DNA of 64,000 nucleotides from Mobula birostris (Eukaryota): NCBI RefSeq assembly GCF_030028105.1, contig NC_092400.1, positions 3,782,001 to 3,846,000 of the forward strand, read 5' to 3'. Shown piece by piece: positions 48,129 to 60,204 of this stretch (position 1 is its first letter; each line of letters starts with the position of its first letter). The notes under the pieces were generated by a model. It saw only the letters and a program-made list of their open reading frames with translations, ran no database searches and was not told where the DNA came from. The position numbers and the translations under genes were made by a program.

Positions 48129-51100
48129 AGAATAGAAGGTACAGAAATAACATTGCTGAATGTTTATGCTCCTCCAGGTTGTGAATGGTCATTTTATAGG
48201 CACATTTTTGACCTAATGGTCAGTTCTCAAGGGGTAGTAATTTGTGGAGGGGATTTTAATATTAGATTAAATCCTGTATTAGATTCTTCAAGAATAGTTA
48301 CTCAGAATAAACCTCTGACTCGGAAAATGAATTTATTGATGGAGGAGTTGGGAATTATAGATGCGTGGAGGGAATTACACCCCACTAGTAAAGATTAGAC
48401 ACATTACTCTTTCCCTCATTCAGCCTATTCAAGGATAGACTATTTCTTTATCTTTAATACAGATAGACTCAGGATAAAAAACTGTAATATTGCAACAGTT
48501 GATCTGTCGGATCATAGCCCAGTCTCTATGTCTCTAATCCTGGAAAGGAAAATGAAGAAAACACTATGGCGGCTAAACTCACATATACTCAATAACCCAA
48601 AAATAATAGAGAGATTAAGGGGAGAAATCAAAGAATATCTAGACCTTAATGACACGAGAGAAACATCACCAGTGATCTTATGGGATACATTGAAAGCTGT
48701 ACTGAGAGGGAAAATTATTTCCATTACCACTCACATGAAAAAAATCAATGCACAAAAATTAGCAGACCTTCAAGGAAAATTAAAACAACTTCAAGTTGTA
48801 GATAGCAACAAAATTAATTCAAATCTAAAACAGGAAATTAGGAAATTGCAAAGTGAAATTGACGATATTTATACATTGGAAGCTCAAAGAAATTTTCTCT
48901 ACCTGAGACAAAAGAATTATGAAGTAGGAGGTAAATCAGCTAGATTATTAGCATATAAATTACAAAAACAACAAGCAGACAATACAATTCATAAAATAAA
49001 GAATCCAAAGACAAAGCTTGCGGAGAGTACAATAGGGAAAATTCAAGAGAGTTTTGAAACATATTATCGAGAGCTGTACTCCCAACCCCGGGCCCCCAAT
49101 GAGCCCTATATAGACAGTTTATTGAATTCTTTAGATCTACCTAAACTTACAGATTTACAAAATGAAAGTTTATTAGAACCAGTAACTGCCAAAGAACTGA
49201 ACGTGGCCATCTCTAGGTTAAAGGCTGGAAAGTCCCCAGGTTCTGATGGGTTTACCTCAGAGTGGTACAAGTCCCTGAAGTCACAGTTAGCCCCATTACT
49301 ACTTAACACCTTTAATTGGATCTTGCAGAGAGGAGAAACTCCACCTTCCTGGAGAGAAGCGATTATTTCAGTTATTCCTAAAGAGGGTAAAGATAAACTA
49401 GAATGTGGCAATTATCGGCCAATTAGTGTTCTTAATTTAGATTACAAACTATTTACATCTATATTAGCGCGCAGATTGGAAAAGCTTTTACCTGGCCTAA
49501 TCCATTTAGACCAGACTGGATTTATTCAACAAAGACAAACACAGGACAACATAAGGAGAACTCTGCACATATTAGAACAGGTTAATAAGAACGAGACAGA
49601 GACAATGGTAGTAGGATTAGATGCTGAGAAAGCTTTTGATTCGGTTAGTTGGGCATTCCTATACAGAGTGTTAGGAAGATTCGGCTTTCAAGAAAAGTTT
49701 ATTAAAGTAATTCAGACTCTATATGACAGCCCTACAGCCCGAATTAAGATAAATGGGGACCTCTCTGACTCTTTCATCTTAGAGAGAGGCACTAGACAGG
49801 GACGCCCAATTTCTCCTCTCCTTTTTGCACTATATATTGAACCGCTTGCCCAACAAAGAAGACAGAGCGAAATCGTAAAAGGTATCAAGGTGGCAGGGAT
49901 TGAACAGAAAGTGGCGTTATTCGCAGATGATGTTTTGGTCTATCTGAGTGAACCAGAAAAATCATTTATAGGATCGTTTACACTGTTGGATGACTTTGGG
50001 AAAATATCAGGTTATAAAATAAATGTAAAGAAAACGCAGGTTATGTCCCTAAGTTATACACCATCCAAAAAATTGCAGGATACATATGATCTTAAGTGGG
50101 AAGCTAAATCATTAAAATATTCAGGAATAACCCTGCCGAAGGATCTTTCAACGCTGTCACAGGTAAGTTATGGGCCATTAATCTCAGAGATAAAAGCAGA
50201 TATGCATAGATGGAATCTTATCCCCTTTTTAAGTTTAAATTCAAGGATAAATACTATAAAAATGAACATTCTTCCTCGGTTACTGTATCTTTTCCGTACT
50301 TTACCTGTGGAGGTGGATGATAATCAAATCAGGGAATGGGACAAATGGATTCCCAGCTTCATTTGGCAAGGAAAGAAACCTAGAATTCGATATAACACCT
50401 TACAGTTAGGGAAGGAAGGCGGAGGTATGGTTCTTCCTTGCCTGAGAAATTATTTTTATGCCTACAGATAACTCCTCTATTATATTGGTGTAATAGGGAA
50501 TATAAGGCTAGATGGAAGGAAATAGAATTTGGATTAGTTGACAGTTTTCCTCTACAGGCCTCAATAGCTGACAAAGGATTGATGGCCCAATTGGAAAAAT
50601 TTTAAAACAGTTGGATAAATCTTACATTAAAGGTATGGCAGAAGGTGATTAATTCGTGTGGAATTAATAACATGTTAAAACTCTTCAGATGGTGTGCATA
50701 TGATACCGAATTCCTTCCCAACAGAGGAGATAAAAGATTTGAATTATGGTAAAAGAAAGGTCTTACAACCTACCTCTCATTTATAGATAAAAGAGTATTA
50801 CGAAGTTTCCAAATCCTGCAGGACAAACATGGCCTAGAACACAATGACTTCTTTAGGTACCTTCAAGTACGAAACTATGTTAACCAGAGTTGTAGATATA
50901 CAGACCTATCAACAGTAGAATTAGAATTTTTCAAGATCCTGAATTCGGCTTGCAGTTCAATACCTAGTAAATCAGTTTCTCGAGTATATAATGCACTCTC
51001 CCATGCTAAAAATGTAAACACATTGTATATTAAAGAGAAGTGGGAGAAAGAAGCGGGGTTGGTACTTTCAGAGGAGGCTTGGGGGAAAATCTGCAGCTTT

Positions 51101-52162
51101 CAATGGTCCTCGACTAATTCTTTGACTTGGAGAGAACATTGTTGGAAAAATGTTATAAGATACTTCAAGACCCCATATCAGGAAAAATATAGAGATACAA
51201 ATGTGATGTGTTGGAGAAGGTGCGGCTCCAAGGAGGCAAATCATTTTCATATTTTCTGGGATTGCCCTAAATTAAGTATATATTGGGAAAGTATTCATAG
51301 AACATTACTTAAGGTACTTAGGTCCCAGATACCTCTGAACTTTGAGACGCTCTATTTGGGGCATGTATTGTTTCTTGAACAGAAGGAAGATATAAAGTTG
51401 CTGCAGGCCCTCTTAGAGGCAAGTAAGAAATCAATCACTAGAAAGTGGCTAAATCCAATACCACCTACATTAGAAGATCGGCACGAAATTATCTTGGAAA
51501 TATTTTAAATGGAAAAGTTGACTTACTCCCTGAGAATTCAAAAAGAAAAATTTTATCAAATCTGGAATAAATGGATTGAATATATAACCCCAATGCAAGC
51601 AGACTTTAGATGACTCTCCTAATGATTTATACTGCTCTTCTCATCAACACAGTAATATTGCTAACATAAGCACCCCTAGTCTAAATGTTTACTGTTTTTG
51701 TTTTCTTTTGGAAAATAGAGAATTAATACAAGTAAAGGAAAAGATTTCGGAAAGGGATAAAAAATGATAAAATTAAGTAAATAAGTACATAGGGATTGGA
51801 TAATTATGTCTGGGGGCAGGAGCAAGCATGAACAAGTTAGGATATAAACACCTACAATGGTTGTTACATAGGCTTACATACAACATTTTGGACCAGAAGA
51901 GATTTATGGAAGCTATTATTACTATGTTTCTTAACAACTAATACCATTACTTGGCCTAATAGATTAGAATTACCACTGTACATAATTATCTATTTAAGTG
52001 TCTAATTTCCTTTTATATCATCTCAATGTGTACTTAAGAATGTATAAATAATTATAGTTTTATACATATAAAAAAATGGAAAAGGTTATAAGTGTGGAAA
52101 AAGTACATGATACTTGTGAATTCCTTATCCAAATAAAAATAGAACCCCCTATCAAAAAAAAA
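48129..52162 (+). mobile_element. 5'-truncated L1-clade LINE (ORF2 remnant)
   Basis: NVYAP, GGDFN, SRIDY, SDH; RT with DAEKAFD and LFADD (647-aa open stretch); CWRRCG...HIFWDC; AATAAA and A tail at ~52132-52162. Absent at the homologous sites ~18.7-19.0 kb and ~28.6-29.0 kb. Confidence 0.9.
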
Positions 52163-53289
52163 GAAATCTGTCAACCAACGGTGTCTGGCAACTCATTCAC
52201 AGCCCCCTCATTTCTCTTTTTATTCCATTATAATCCTTTGTTCTCAGGCTGCAGGTTATTGCTATCTGACAAACTCAGCAATTCAAATTACATTTTTAGT
52301 TAGTGTTCCAGCTCTTAGCAGTGTTATTGCTAATTTGCATGTGATGTGTAAGAAGTGATCACTAGATCTGTGCATTCGCATTGTACGAGACAAAGACTGC
52401 TCCTTACTGTAACTAAGTTAAAATAAGTAGTAGTTTTCCCAGCAAGCTCTTGCTCCAGAAGAGCAGTTTGAACAGGAGTATTGACCATTTATGTTTGTTT
52501 CAGCTTGTCAGAAAGAGAAAATGAGCCCATTCTTATTGAGGAAAACAGCATTTATGATTCCTCCTAATTGTCCCAAAGTATTTGGCAAAATTACCAAAAC
52601 AGTATTGTCTATTTTTAAAGCCTTGAGCCAATATTCCAAATCCGTGTGAGTTTTAATGTATCTTCCTGAATTGTACATGACCCAGTTCATGTTTTGTTTT
52701 TACCAACTATAATTCAGATAACTAACAAGGGATTGGAATAACATAGTTAAAGGAGAGGTAAAACACCTCCAAACCTTAGCTCATCACGAGCAAAGCAACT
52801 TTGCGTAAGATCTAAAAAACCACAATTTTCCTTAGGTCACGGTCTATTTCATCAAACATGGAGTGAATTCAAAATCCCTGTCTTGCTCTTCATCTCTGTT
52901 ATTATCTGGTCTCTATCCGACCTTCATTCTCACTCTCTCTGAATCACAGAATCTCAAAAGCTGCCAAGCTTCAAGGAACATTTTTGAAACTCAGCCTCAT
53001 CTGCTCTCTTTTCTCTCCACACTCACTCTCTCTTTCACTCTCTCTTTACTCTCACCAAATCACAGGATCTCAGAATTTGGCAAATCTCTTTTGAAACTCA
53101 TGGATCACTCACCCACTTTCTCTCAATTCAGAACATGAAAAAGGTGGTCAAGATGGTGCCAGCGTACAACGTTCCCATAGTTGACATCTTCCAGATGGCA
53201 AACAAAATGCTTTTTTACTTCTTTTACGTCTGTTTTCACCTTAAAAATGTTTCTTGATGGATAGAGCCTGCAATTTACAGTTTGGAATA

Positions 53290-54025
53290 TCCGAGAAGAT
53301 TTCAGGAAGTGAGCTGGTGCTCTGACGGCCTCGATGTGAAGAAACCGAGACCGGTGTGAGCTGATGTTTGACTCCATTTCACCATTTAAAGTGTGAATTA
53401 ATCACTGTTTAACCCGTAGAGGAAGACTGAGACATTGAGGCAAATGCAGAAGGCGAGCGAGAGTTTGGGCGATGACCGCCTGCCGTTTGGTCGCTGCCGG
53501 AGGAGGGTTCTGTGAGCGGCCTATCTGTGTGGCTTGCTGTGACAGGCGGGTAGGCCTCTGCACTCGTGTGGTGTCCCTCTCTTTCGATGAACGTTGGTGA
53601 TATCGGAGGATGGCATTGTGGTTCTGTGTTTATGGATTGGACTATTGTGTTTATCGACTGTAGACTTCCTCAGAATGATGGTTTTTATATTCTGTGTTGT
53701 TTTATTGCCCGTCCCTTTTCCTACTGTTGTGCTAGGGGACTGGGTTTGGAGGCTGATGTTCTGTTGTGCTCTGTTAGTTTTTTGTGGGGGGGAAAGGTTG
53801 TTATTTTGGGGGTCGATGTTGTTCCATTTTGTACGGGGTTGAGGGATTGGGTTGGTGTTAATGATCAGGATGTCGTTCTTTTCTGTACAGGGTTGTGGAT
53901 TTGATGTTTCTCTCTGAAAGACTTTCATGTTCTTCCTTTGTTTCGTGGCTATCTGGAGAAGGGAAATTTCAGAGTTGTATATAGATACATGCTTTGATAA
54001 CAAATGAACCTTTGAACATTTGAAT
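53290..54025 (+). mobile_element. Probable non-autonomous retroelement with (TTTGAA)n-like tail
   Basis: CpG-rich 5' part, T/G-rich body and tail gaacctttgaacatttgaa. Absent at the homologous position ~17895. Confidence 0.45.
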
Positions 54026-54994
54026 GTGACTTTCTCTCAAAAGTCTTAACAAATGGACGACAATAATAGATTAATGAAGGATGCTTTTAAACTGTAAGGA
54101 ACATTAAAGGTTATTGATCCAGCAGACACCTAAAAACAAACATTCCCAATCATTAAAGCCTCCAGCAACTTGCAACATCTCTGAGTTTCTAAGCCCTGAC
54201 TTTACGATCCCTCTAGGACATACTGTACAGCAAAGAGCACAGCAACTAGCTCACTTTCAGGGGGGTTAGCAAAGTCTCTCCCTCGAACATAGAACAGTTC
54301 AGCACAGGATCAGGCCGTATGATGTCTGTGCGCAACATGATGTCAAATTAATCTAATTCTTTCTGCCAGCAACCTTGCAAATCCCTCCATTCTCTGACTA
54401 TTCATTTGCCTTTCTGAGAGTCTCTTGAATGTCACTATCGTATCTGTTTCCACTACCATCACTGGGCCACTGTCACAACCACGGACTCCGCTGTGGGGTC
54501 TGTGTGAGCTGCGGAAGGGGCTTGGCAAGCACACTTGTGAGTAAGCATGTTGCAGCTGATTAGTGTTTCATTGTGGTGGGATTTAATGCCCTTCCTCCCA
54601 TTCCAGTCTTGCTGAGACCTGATCAAAAGCACAGCAACGTCTACACCCCCTGCTTACCTTCGGCCGTGGCTGGGACAGAAGACTACTGTCTGTTTCGATT
54701 GATGCTCTAAAGGAGAGGTATTCCTCAAGTAATAAGTTATCGCTTTCTAGTCACAGTGTTGATGTTAGCTTTCAGTTTGAGAGTTTTAGTTAACGGGCTT
54801 GTTGGCCTCGCACTTGTCTTTTATCCTGCACAGTTCTCACTAAAAACTAGTGATCTGTTCATCTGCCTTGGAGTCGCTCCCTCTGTGCTTGGGCCCTAAC
54901 CTCACACTTGTGGCTGCAAATCTTAACAAACTAATATGGACCCAGCAAAGAGAGAACAGCTGATCACAGCCCTGTATTTCATTGGGCAGGTAAG

Positions 54995-55885
54995 AGAGAG
55001 AGACCCAGATATAGGAGAAGAAGTAGGCCATTCAGCCCATCGAGTCTGCTCCGCCATTCAATCATGGGCTGATCCACTTCATCCAGCCATCCCCACTCCC
55101 CTGCCTTCACCCCATACCCTTTGATGCCCTGGGTAATCAAGAACCTATCTATCTCTGTCTTAAATACACCCAATGATGTTGTCTCCACAGCCGCGTGCGG
55201 CAACAAATTCCACAGATTTATCACCCTCTGACTAAAGTAATTTCTCCGCATTTCAGTTCTAAAAGGACACTCTTCAATCCTGAAGTCGTGCCCTCTTGCC
55301 CTAGAATCCCTTTGCCATATCTATCTGTTCAGGCCTTCTAACATTTGGAAGGTTTCTATGAGATCCTCCCTCATTCTCCTGAACTCCAGGGAATACAGCC
55401 CAAGAGCTGCCAGACATTCCTCATACAGTCACCCTTTCATTCCTGGAATCATTGTTGTGAATCTTCTCTGAACCTTCAATATATCCTTTCTAAAATAAGG
55501 AGCCCCAAACTGCACACAATACTCCATGTGTGGTCTCACGAGTGCCTTATAGAGCCTCAACGTCACATCCCTGCTCTTATATTCTGTACCTCTAGAAATG
55601 AATGCCAAAATTGCATTGGCCTTCTTCAATACCGACTCAACCTGGAGGTTAACTTTTAGGGTATTTTGTACAATGACTCCCATGCCACGTCCATTTGCAT
55701 TTCTGCATTTTGAATTCTATCCCCATCTAAATCATAGTCTGCCCATTTATTTCTTCCATCAAAGTGCATGATCATATACTTTCCAACATTGTATTTAATT
55801 TGTCACTTCTTTGCCCATTCCCCTAAACTATCTAAATCTCTCTGCAGGCTGTCTGTTTCCTCAACACTACCCACTCCTCCACCTA
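54995..55885 (-). mobile_element. CR1 3' fragment
   Basis: Encodes LYKALVRPHMEYCVQF...VQRRFT and YFSQRVINLWN. Confidence 0.8.
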
Positions 55886-56420
55886 AAGCCAGTGGAGGAT
55901 GTGGCTCGTATGGTGCGACAGCTTCTCGCAGGGCGGCAGGCCCAGTCCAAACGGGAAGAACAGAGGTAGCACTCGGAGCGAAAGATCAACAACTCGCCTC
56001 AGACAGCCAGAATCAGGTGCCAGCCATTACCACTCCTGTTGCCCAGACCAGCAGCAGCCTTCAGTACGGACGGTCCCACTGCCGGCATCTCCCACATCTT
56101 CCCTGTCACAGTCTCAGCCATTCCCTCAGCAGATCCTGGATCAGAGCCGAGCATCCCTCCACCAGGCAGATACTCCGGTAACCCTAACGGCTGCAGGAAG
56201 TTTATGACCCAGTGTGAGCTGACTTTCCAAGCCCAGCCAGGTTGGTTCAGTGATGATGTGCGTACGTGGTGAATCACTCGGACTCCATTCACCTGTTCAA
56301 CGCTCTGTGAGAACAAGGTTCCCCCTACAGCTCAGTCCTTACACCAACTCGTGGTTGAGTTCAAGAGAGCGTTTGATCTTCCGGTGCAGGGTTAGGAGGC
56401 AGCTCACCGAATGGTACGGC
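55885..56420 (+). mobile_element. Ty3/gypsy (Sushi/PEG10-like) gag fragment
   Basis: Encodes EPSIPPPGRYSGNPNGCRKFMTQCELTFQAQP. Inverted paralogue of 17530-17895. Confidence 0.65.
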
Positions 56421-57120
56421 ACAGAAGAGTGCGGTGGAGCAAAGGGATCCATAATTCATTGAAAGTGGCCTCTCAGGTTGATAGGGTCATAAAGAAAGTT
56501 TTTGCCACATTGGTTTTCATAAATCAATGTACTGAGTACAGGAGATGGGATATTATATTGAAGCTGTATAAGACATTAATGAGACCTAATTTGGAGTATT
56601 GTGTGCAGTTTTGATCACCTACTAACAGGAAAGTTATAAACAAGGTTGCACAAGTACAGAGAATATTTACAAGGATGTGTTGCTGGAGCTTGAGGGCCTG
56701 AGTTATAAGGAAAGATTTCATAGGTTAGGACAGTATTCCTTAGAACATAGAGGATTGAGAGGAGATTTGATAGAGATGTACAAAATTATTAGTGCTTAGA
56801 TATTGTAAATGCAAGCAGGCTTTTTCCACTGAGGTTGAGTGACACTACAACCAGAGGTCATAGGTTAAGGGTGAAAGGTGAAAAGTTTAAGGGGACCATG
56901 AGGGGAAACTTCTTCACTCAGAGGGTGGTGAGAGTGTGGAACAAACTGCCAGTGTAAGTGGTGCACGAGAGCTCAATTTTAACATTTAAGAGAAGTTTGT
57001 ATCGGTGCATGGATGGTAGGGGTACGGAGGGTTGTGGTCCGGTGCAGTTCGATGGGAGTAGGCAGTTTAAAAGTTTTCAGCATGGACCATTTTTGTCCTG
57101 TACTTCTCTATGATTCTACT
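56420..57120 (+). mobile_element. CR1 3' fragment
   Basis: Encodes LKLYKTLMRPNLEYCVQF; tail ttctctatgattcta. Confidence 0.75.
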
Positions 57121-58154
57121 CAGTCTCAACACGAGATTTACAACTACAAAGAGCCTCCTTTCTGTGGCCCTGACATGTCTGTCTGCAACTCATGGCAAAG
57201 CTTTTGTAAGAATGGTACTTGTGTCTGGAAATCTGTAGAATTATAATCTCTGTTAGAATTACTCCAGAGAATAAATGTGCAATTTAAGAATAAAATAATG
57301 ATGTTTAATCTGCTTCGTTAGCTGGAAGTATCCCCTCCTTGGTTGTGAGGGGTGGTCCCACCACTTGAAATAGTGATTATTCACAGCTAAACTCATGCAG
57401 AAAAGAGACCAAAATAGATAAGTAAATTAGTCTTTGATTTATAGGTTGCTACAGTATAATCTCTCCAAAGTGAGTAGGCTAATAGCTATCTATAACTTTA
57501 AGGCTTAAGCTCTTGGCATAAGTTTAGGACAATAAAACGGATACACCCAGTATCATCACATACATGTACTGCCTGTGACTGTGTTCTAGCATACAGAGTG
57601 TGGGTGGTCACACATGAGATCGCTCAGAACTATGTTAGACTAATGTGAAGAATGGGGCCCCAAGGGTCTATTTATGCCCTGTGGGTCTGCACAGCAGCAC
57701 TAATGTAAAATCATCCCTCGCTGTAGCAATGAAGTTGGAAGGGGCACAGTGTGTTCAGTGTCTGCAGAGAGTGTGCAGAAATTAATGCATTTTGTATTTC
57801 AGTACAGGGGATTCTGTTGATTCAGTCCCCAAGCACTCTCTGGAAAGTGGATCTGGAGGAAGGAGGGTGGGAGGGGTTCTTTTATTGATGGGGTCACCAC
57901 CATAGTCACCAATCCCCAGGAAGAACACCACCTCATGGAACTCACAGGGCAAGTCCCACAGCGACTCGTCTCATTTTCAGAGGTGGTCACCATATCCTCT
58001 CCATACTCTAATACCAATTATCGAGAGTTCGTGCCGTGACAATTCCAGCCCATCACCCATTGTCGTGGACTCTGTTTAGTGTCTATGTTTCAATCAGTGA
58101 GACCCATCATGATCACATTTGGGGTAGTTATACACACTCAAAATAGAACACCGT

Positions 58155-58324
58155 CTCACACACACGCACACACACACACACGCACACACACGCATACATT
58201 TAAGTTGACACACACTCAAACACATACGTGGACACACAGTCGTGGACATGCACACACACATACACATGTAAATTGGCACACACTCAAACACATGTGGACA
58301 CACACACATACATGTAAATTGACA

Positions 58325-58377
<53 letters not shown>

Positions 58378-58378
58378 A
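58155..58378. repeat. (CA)n microsatellite upstream of the copy 3 promoter
   Basis: Direct reading. Confidence 0.9.
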
Positions 58379-58399
58379 CTGCGAAGAGCCAGAAGCAGT

Positions 58400-58501
58400 C
58401 AGGATTGGCTCTGTCTCTCCAGCTCAGTCAAATAGAGACCAGCTGTATCAACATGAGAGTTTGTCTTTATCTTATCCATGTTATCAGCTCCCAATATATA
58501 A
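58400..58501 (+). promoter_or_regulatory. Proximal promoter of copy 3
   Basis: ATTGG, CAGCTG (58440-58445), three TTATC motifs, TATATAA at 58495-58501. Confidence 0.7.
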
Positions 58502-58556
58502 TCCAGGGACTGAACCTCACAAGTGTGATTTCCAGGACATGGAAGAGCAAACGACA

Positions 58557-58590
58557 ATGTTGGGCCTGTTTGTCCTGCTTCTGCTCTCAG
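58557..58590 (+). CDS. PLA2G1B: sPLA2 copy 3 exon 1 coding part
   Basis: [11 protein letters not shown] followed by G|GTAAGG. Confidence 0.9.
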
Positions 58591-60204
58591 GTAAGGAGAC
58601 TCTCCTCGAGTGAGCCTTACTTTGATGTTGGTTGCTTCATGTTCTAACCTGTTTGTGTCTGTCTGGTTCTCTCTCTCCGGATGTAGCTGGTGCTGAGAGT
58701 GCTTCCATTGAGTCCAGGAACCTCATTCAATTCAGTAATATGATTTCATGCGCAATACCAGGCTGCAGCGCACTACTGAGATTCAATGACTACGGCTGTT
58801 ACTGTGGACCTGGTGGATCTGGGACACCAGTGGATGACCTTGACCGGTAGGTGGACAGACAATCTCTACAGAGCCAGTTACCATCCGTTGGAGTCCAGGG
58901 ACAGGGAAATGTTCTTATTCATTGTCAGAGGCAGTAGGATTAAATCTTCCCTGAAGCTTTAAAATACCCCATTAAATCTCCCAATGTGAAATATGTTTCT
59001 GATGGTGGTAGTGAGTGACAACATGATGTCATGGGGTTTGCAGCCAGATTATGGTGCCTGCTGTGGCCACATGAATACTGGCTGTGTGTCCTGGAAATAA
59101 TCAGAGAGGGCAATTGCTGATGGTATATCTCACAATCTGCTTTTTGCTGTAGTTGTCAGAACTCTGACTTGAGTTAAGTTCCTGTTGGTGCAGATATGGC
59201 CATGTATTAATGTTCTGTTTGGTGTCACTTTCAGTCCAGAAATTGGTTCCATTGAGTTGGTGACGCGGTCTTTGTTGAAGAATTTTTTGCACCGTGGTTT
59301 TAGCGAGTTGATTTGCTGGAGCCTCTCCAGTGATGGTTTCTGAGATGTGAGCCAGGATCGGGATATGCCTTCTGTCCTGCAGTGATCACGAGAGACAGAT
59401 CACAGATTGGTGCAGCTGGGGCTGAAGGTTTCCTGCTGAGGGTGGGGGAGGACAATGACACTTGCTAGGGCTGGGAGACACTCAGTGCCGGTTGACTTCA
59501 GAGCCCCAGTGATGGAACAGAGGGTAGTGCTGGGTTTGCAGTGCCACCGGTCTGTACAGGAGTTCAGGACTGTGTAGTGGAACACACCGAGGACAGAGCA
59601 GCTGCTCCCAGGGAGGATTCTGTCCTTCTGGAGGATTCAACAGGGGGTTCGATTATGGCAGCACAAGAGAGAACCATGACACAGTAGCTACCTTAGTAAG
59701 GGAGCGAGGAAGGAGAGAGGGCAACCAGCTGGTCGATCAGTCTGTTGCTTGTTGTTGGGTGTTGAACACACACAATCCATAGGAAAAGGGAAAAACTAAA
59801 CATTGGTCACCTTCTCAGGTCTATTGTGGTCATGTCACTAGGAGGAATTCTTTTCCACATTCCTGCCTGAGTCCCCACAGATCCTGATTCTACATCCCAC
59901 TGTGAAGCTCCTCCCCAACTCCCTGGGACGATATGAGCCTGCTCAGTTTGCCTCAGCTCAGATCACCTCCTGACTCTTAGCTCTACATGGGAAGTGTGTG
60001 ACACTGGAGGCTGCTGTAACAGTGTTCTGTTAATTCTAGTCCATGAGTTTTCTACTAAACGTTATCTGTGATTTTACAGGTGCTGCCAGACCCATGACAA
60101 CTGTTATGGTGATGCTGAGAATAAAGAGAACTGCAAAACTGTCTTTTCACCCACAATGGTATATTACCACTGGAGCTGCTCAAAGGGGAAAATCGAATGT
60201 GGTA
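58557..60204 (+). CDS. PLA2G1B: Group I secretory phospholipase A2, copy 3 (partial; exons 58557-58590, 58687-58846, 60080-60204; exon 4 outside the window)
   Basis: Splices to [22 protein letters not shown]|[84 protein letters not shown]... Intron 3 stays homologous to copies 1 and 2 up to the window end. Confidence 0.9.
58687..58846 (+). CDS. PLA2G1B: sPLA2 copy 3 exon 2
   Basis: gtAG|...|GTAGGT; Ca2+ loop YCGPGG; extra Cys16. Confidence 0.95.
60080..60204 (+). CDS. PLA2G1B: sPLA2 copy 3 exon 3
   Basis: ttacAG|G TGC TGC CAG ACC CAT GAC...GGT A|GTGAGT. Confidence 0.95.

Noticed and set aside
56039-56272. Possible domesticated PEG10/RTL-like gene
   Set aside because: Short interrupted gag fragment wedged between CR1 pieces, with no long ORF.
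2965-60204. Assignment to group II/V/X sPLA2, or to a catalytically dead homologue
   Set aside because: Cys11/Cys77 are present and Cys50 is absent; there is no group II C-terminal extension in the two complete copies. H48, D49 and Y52 are intact in all three copies and D99 in copies 1 and 2.
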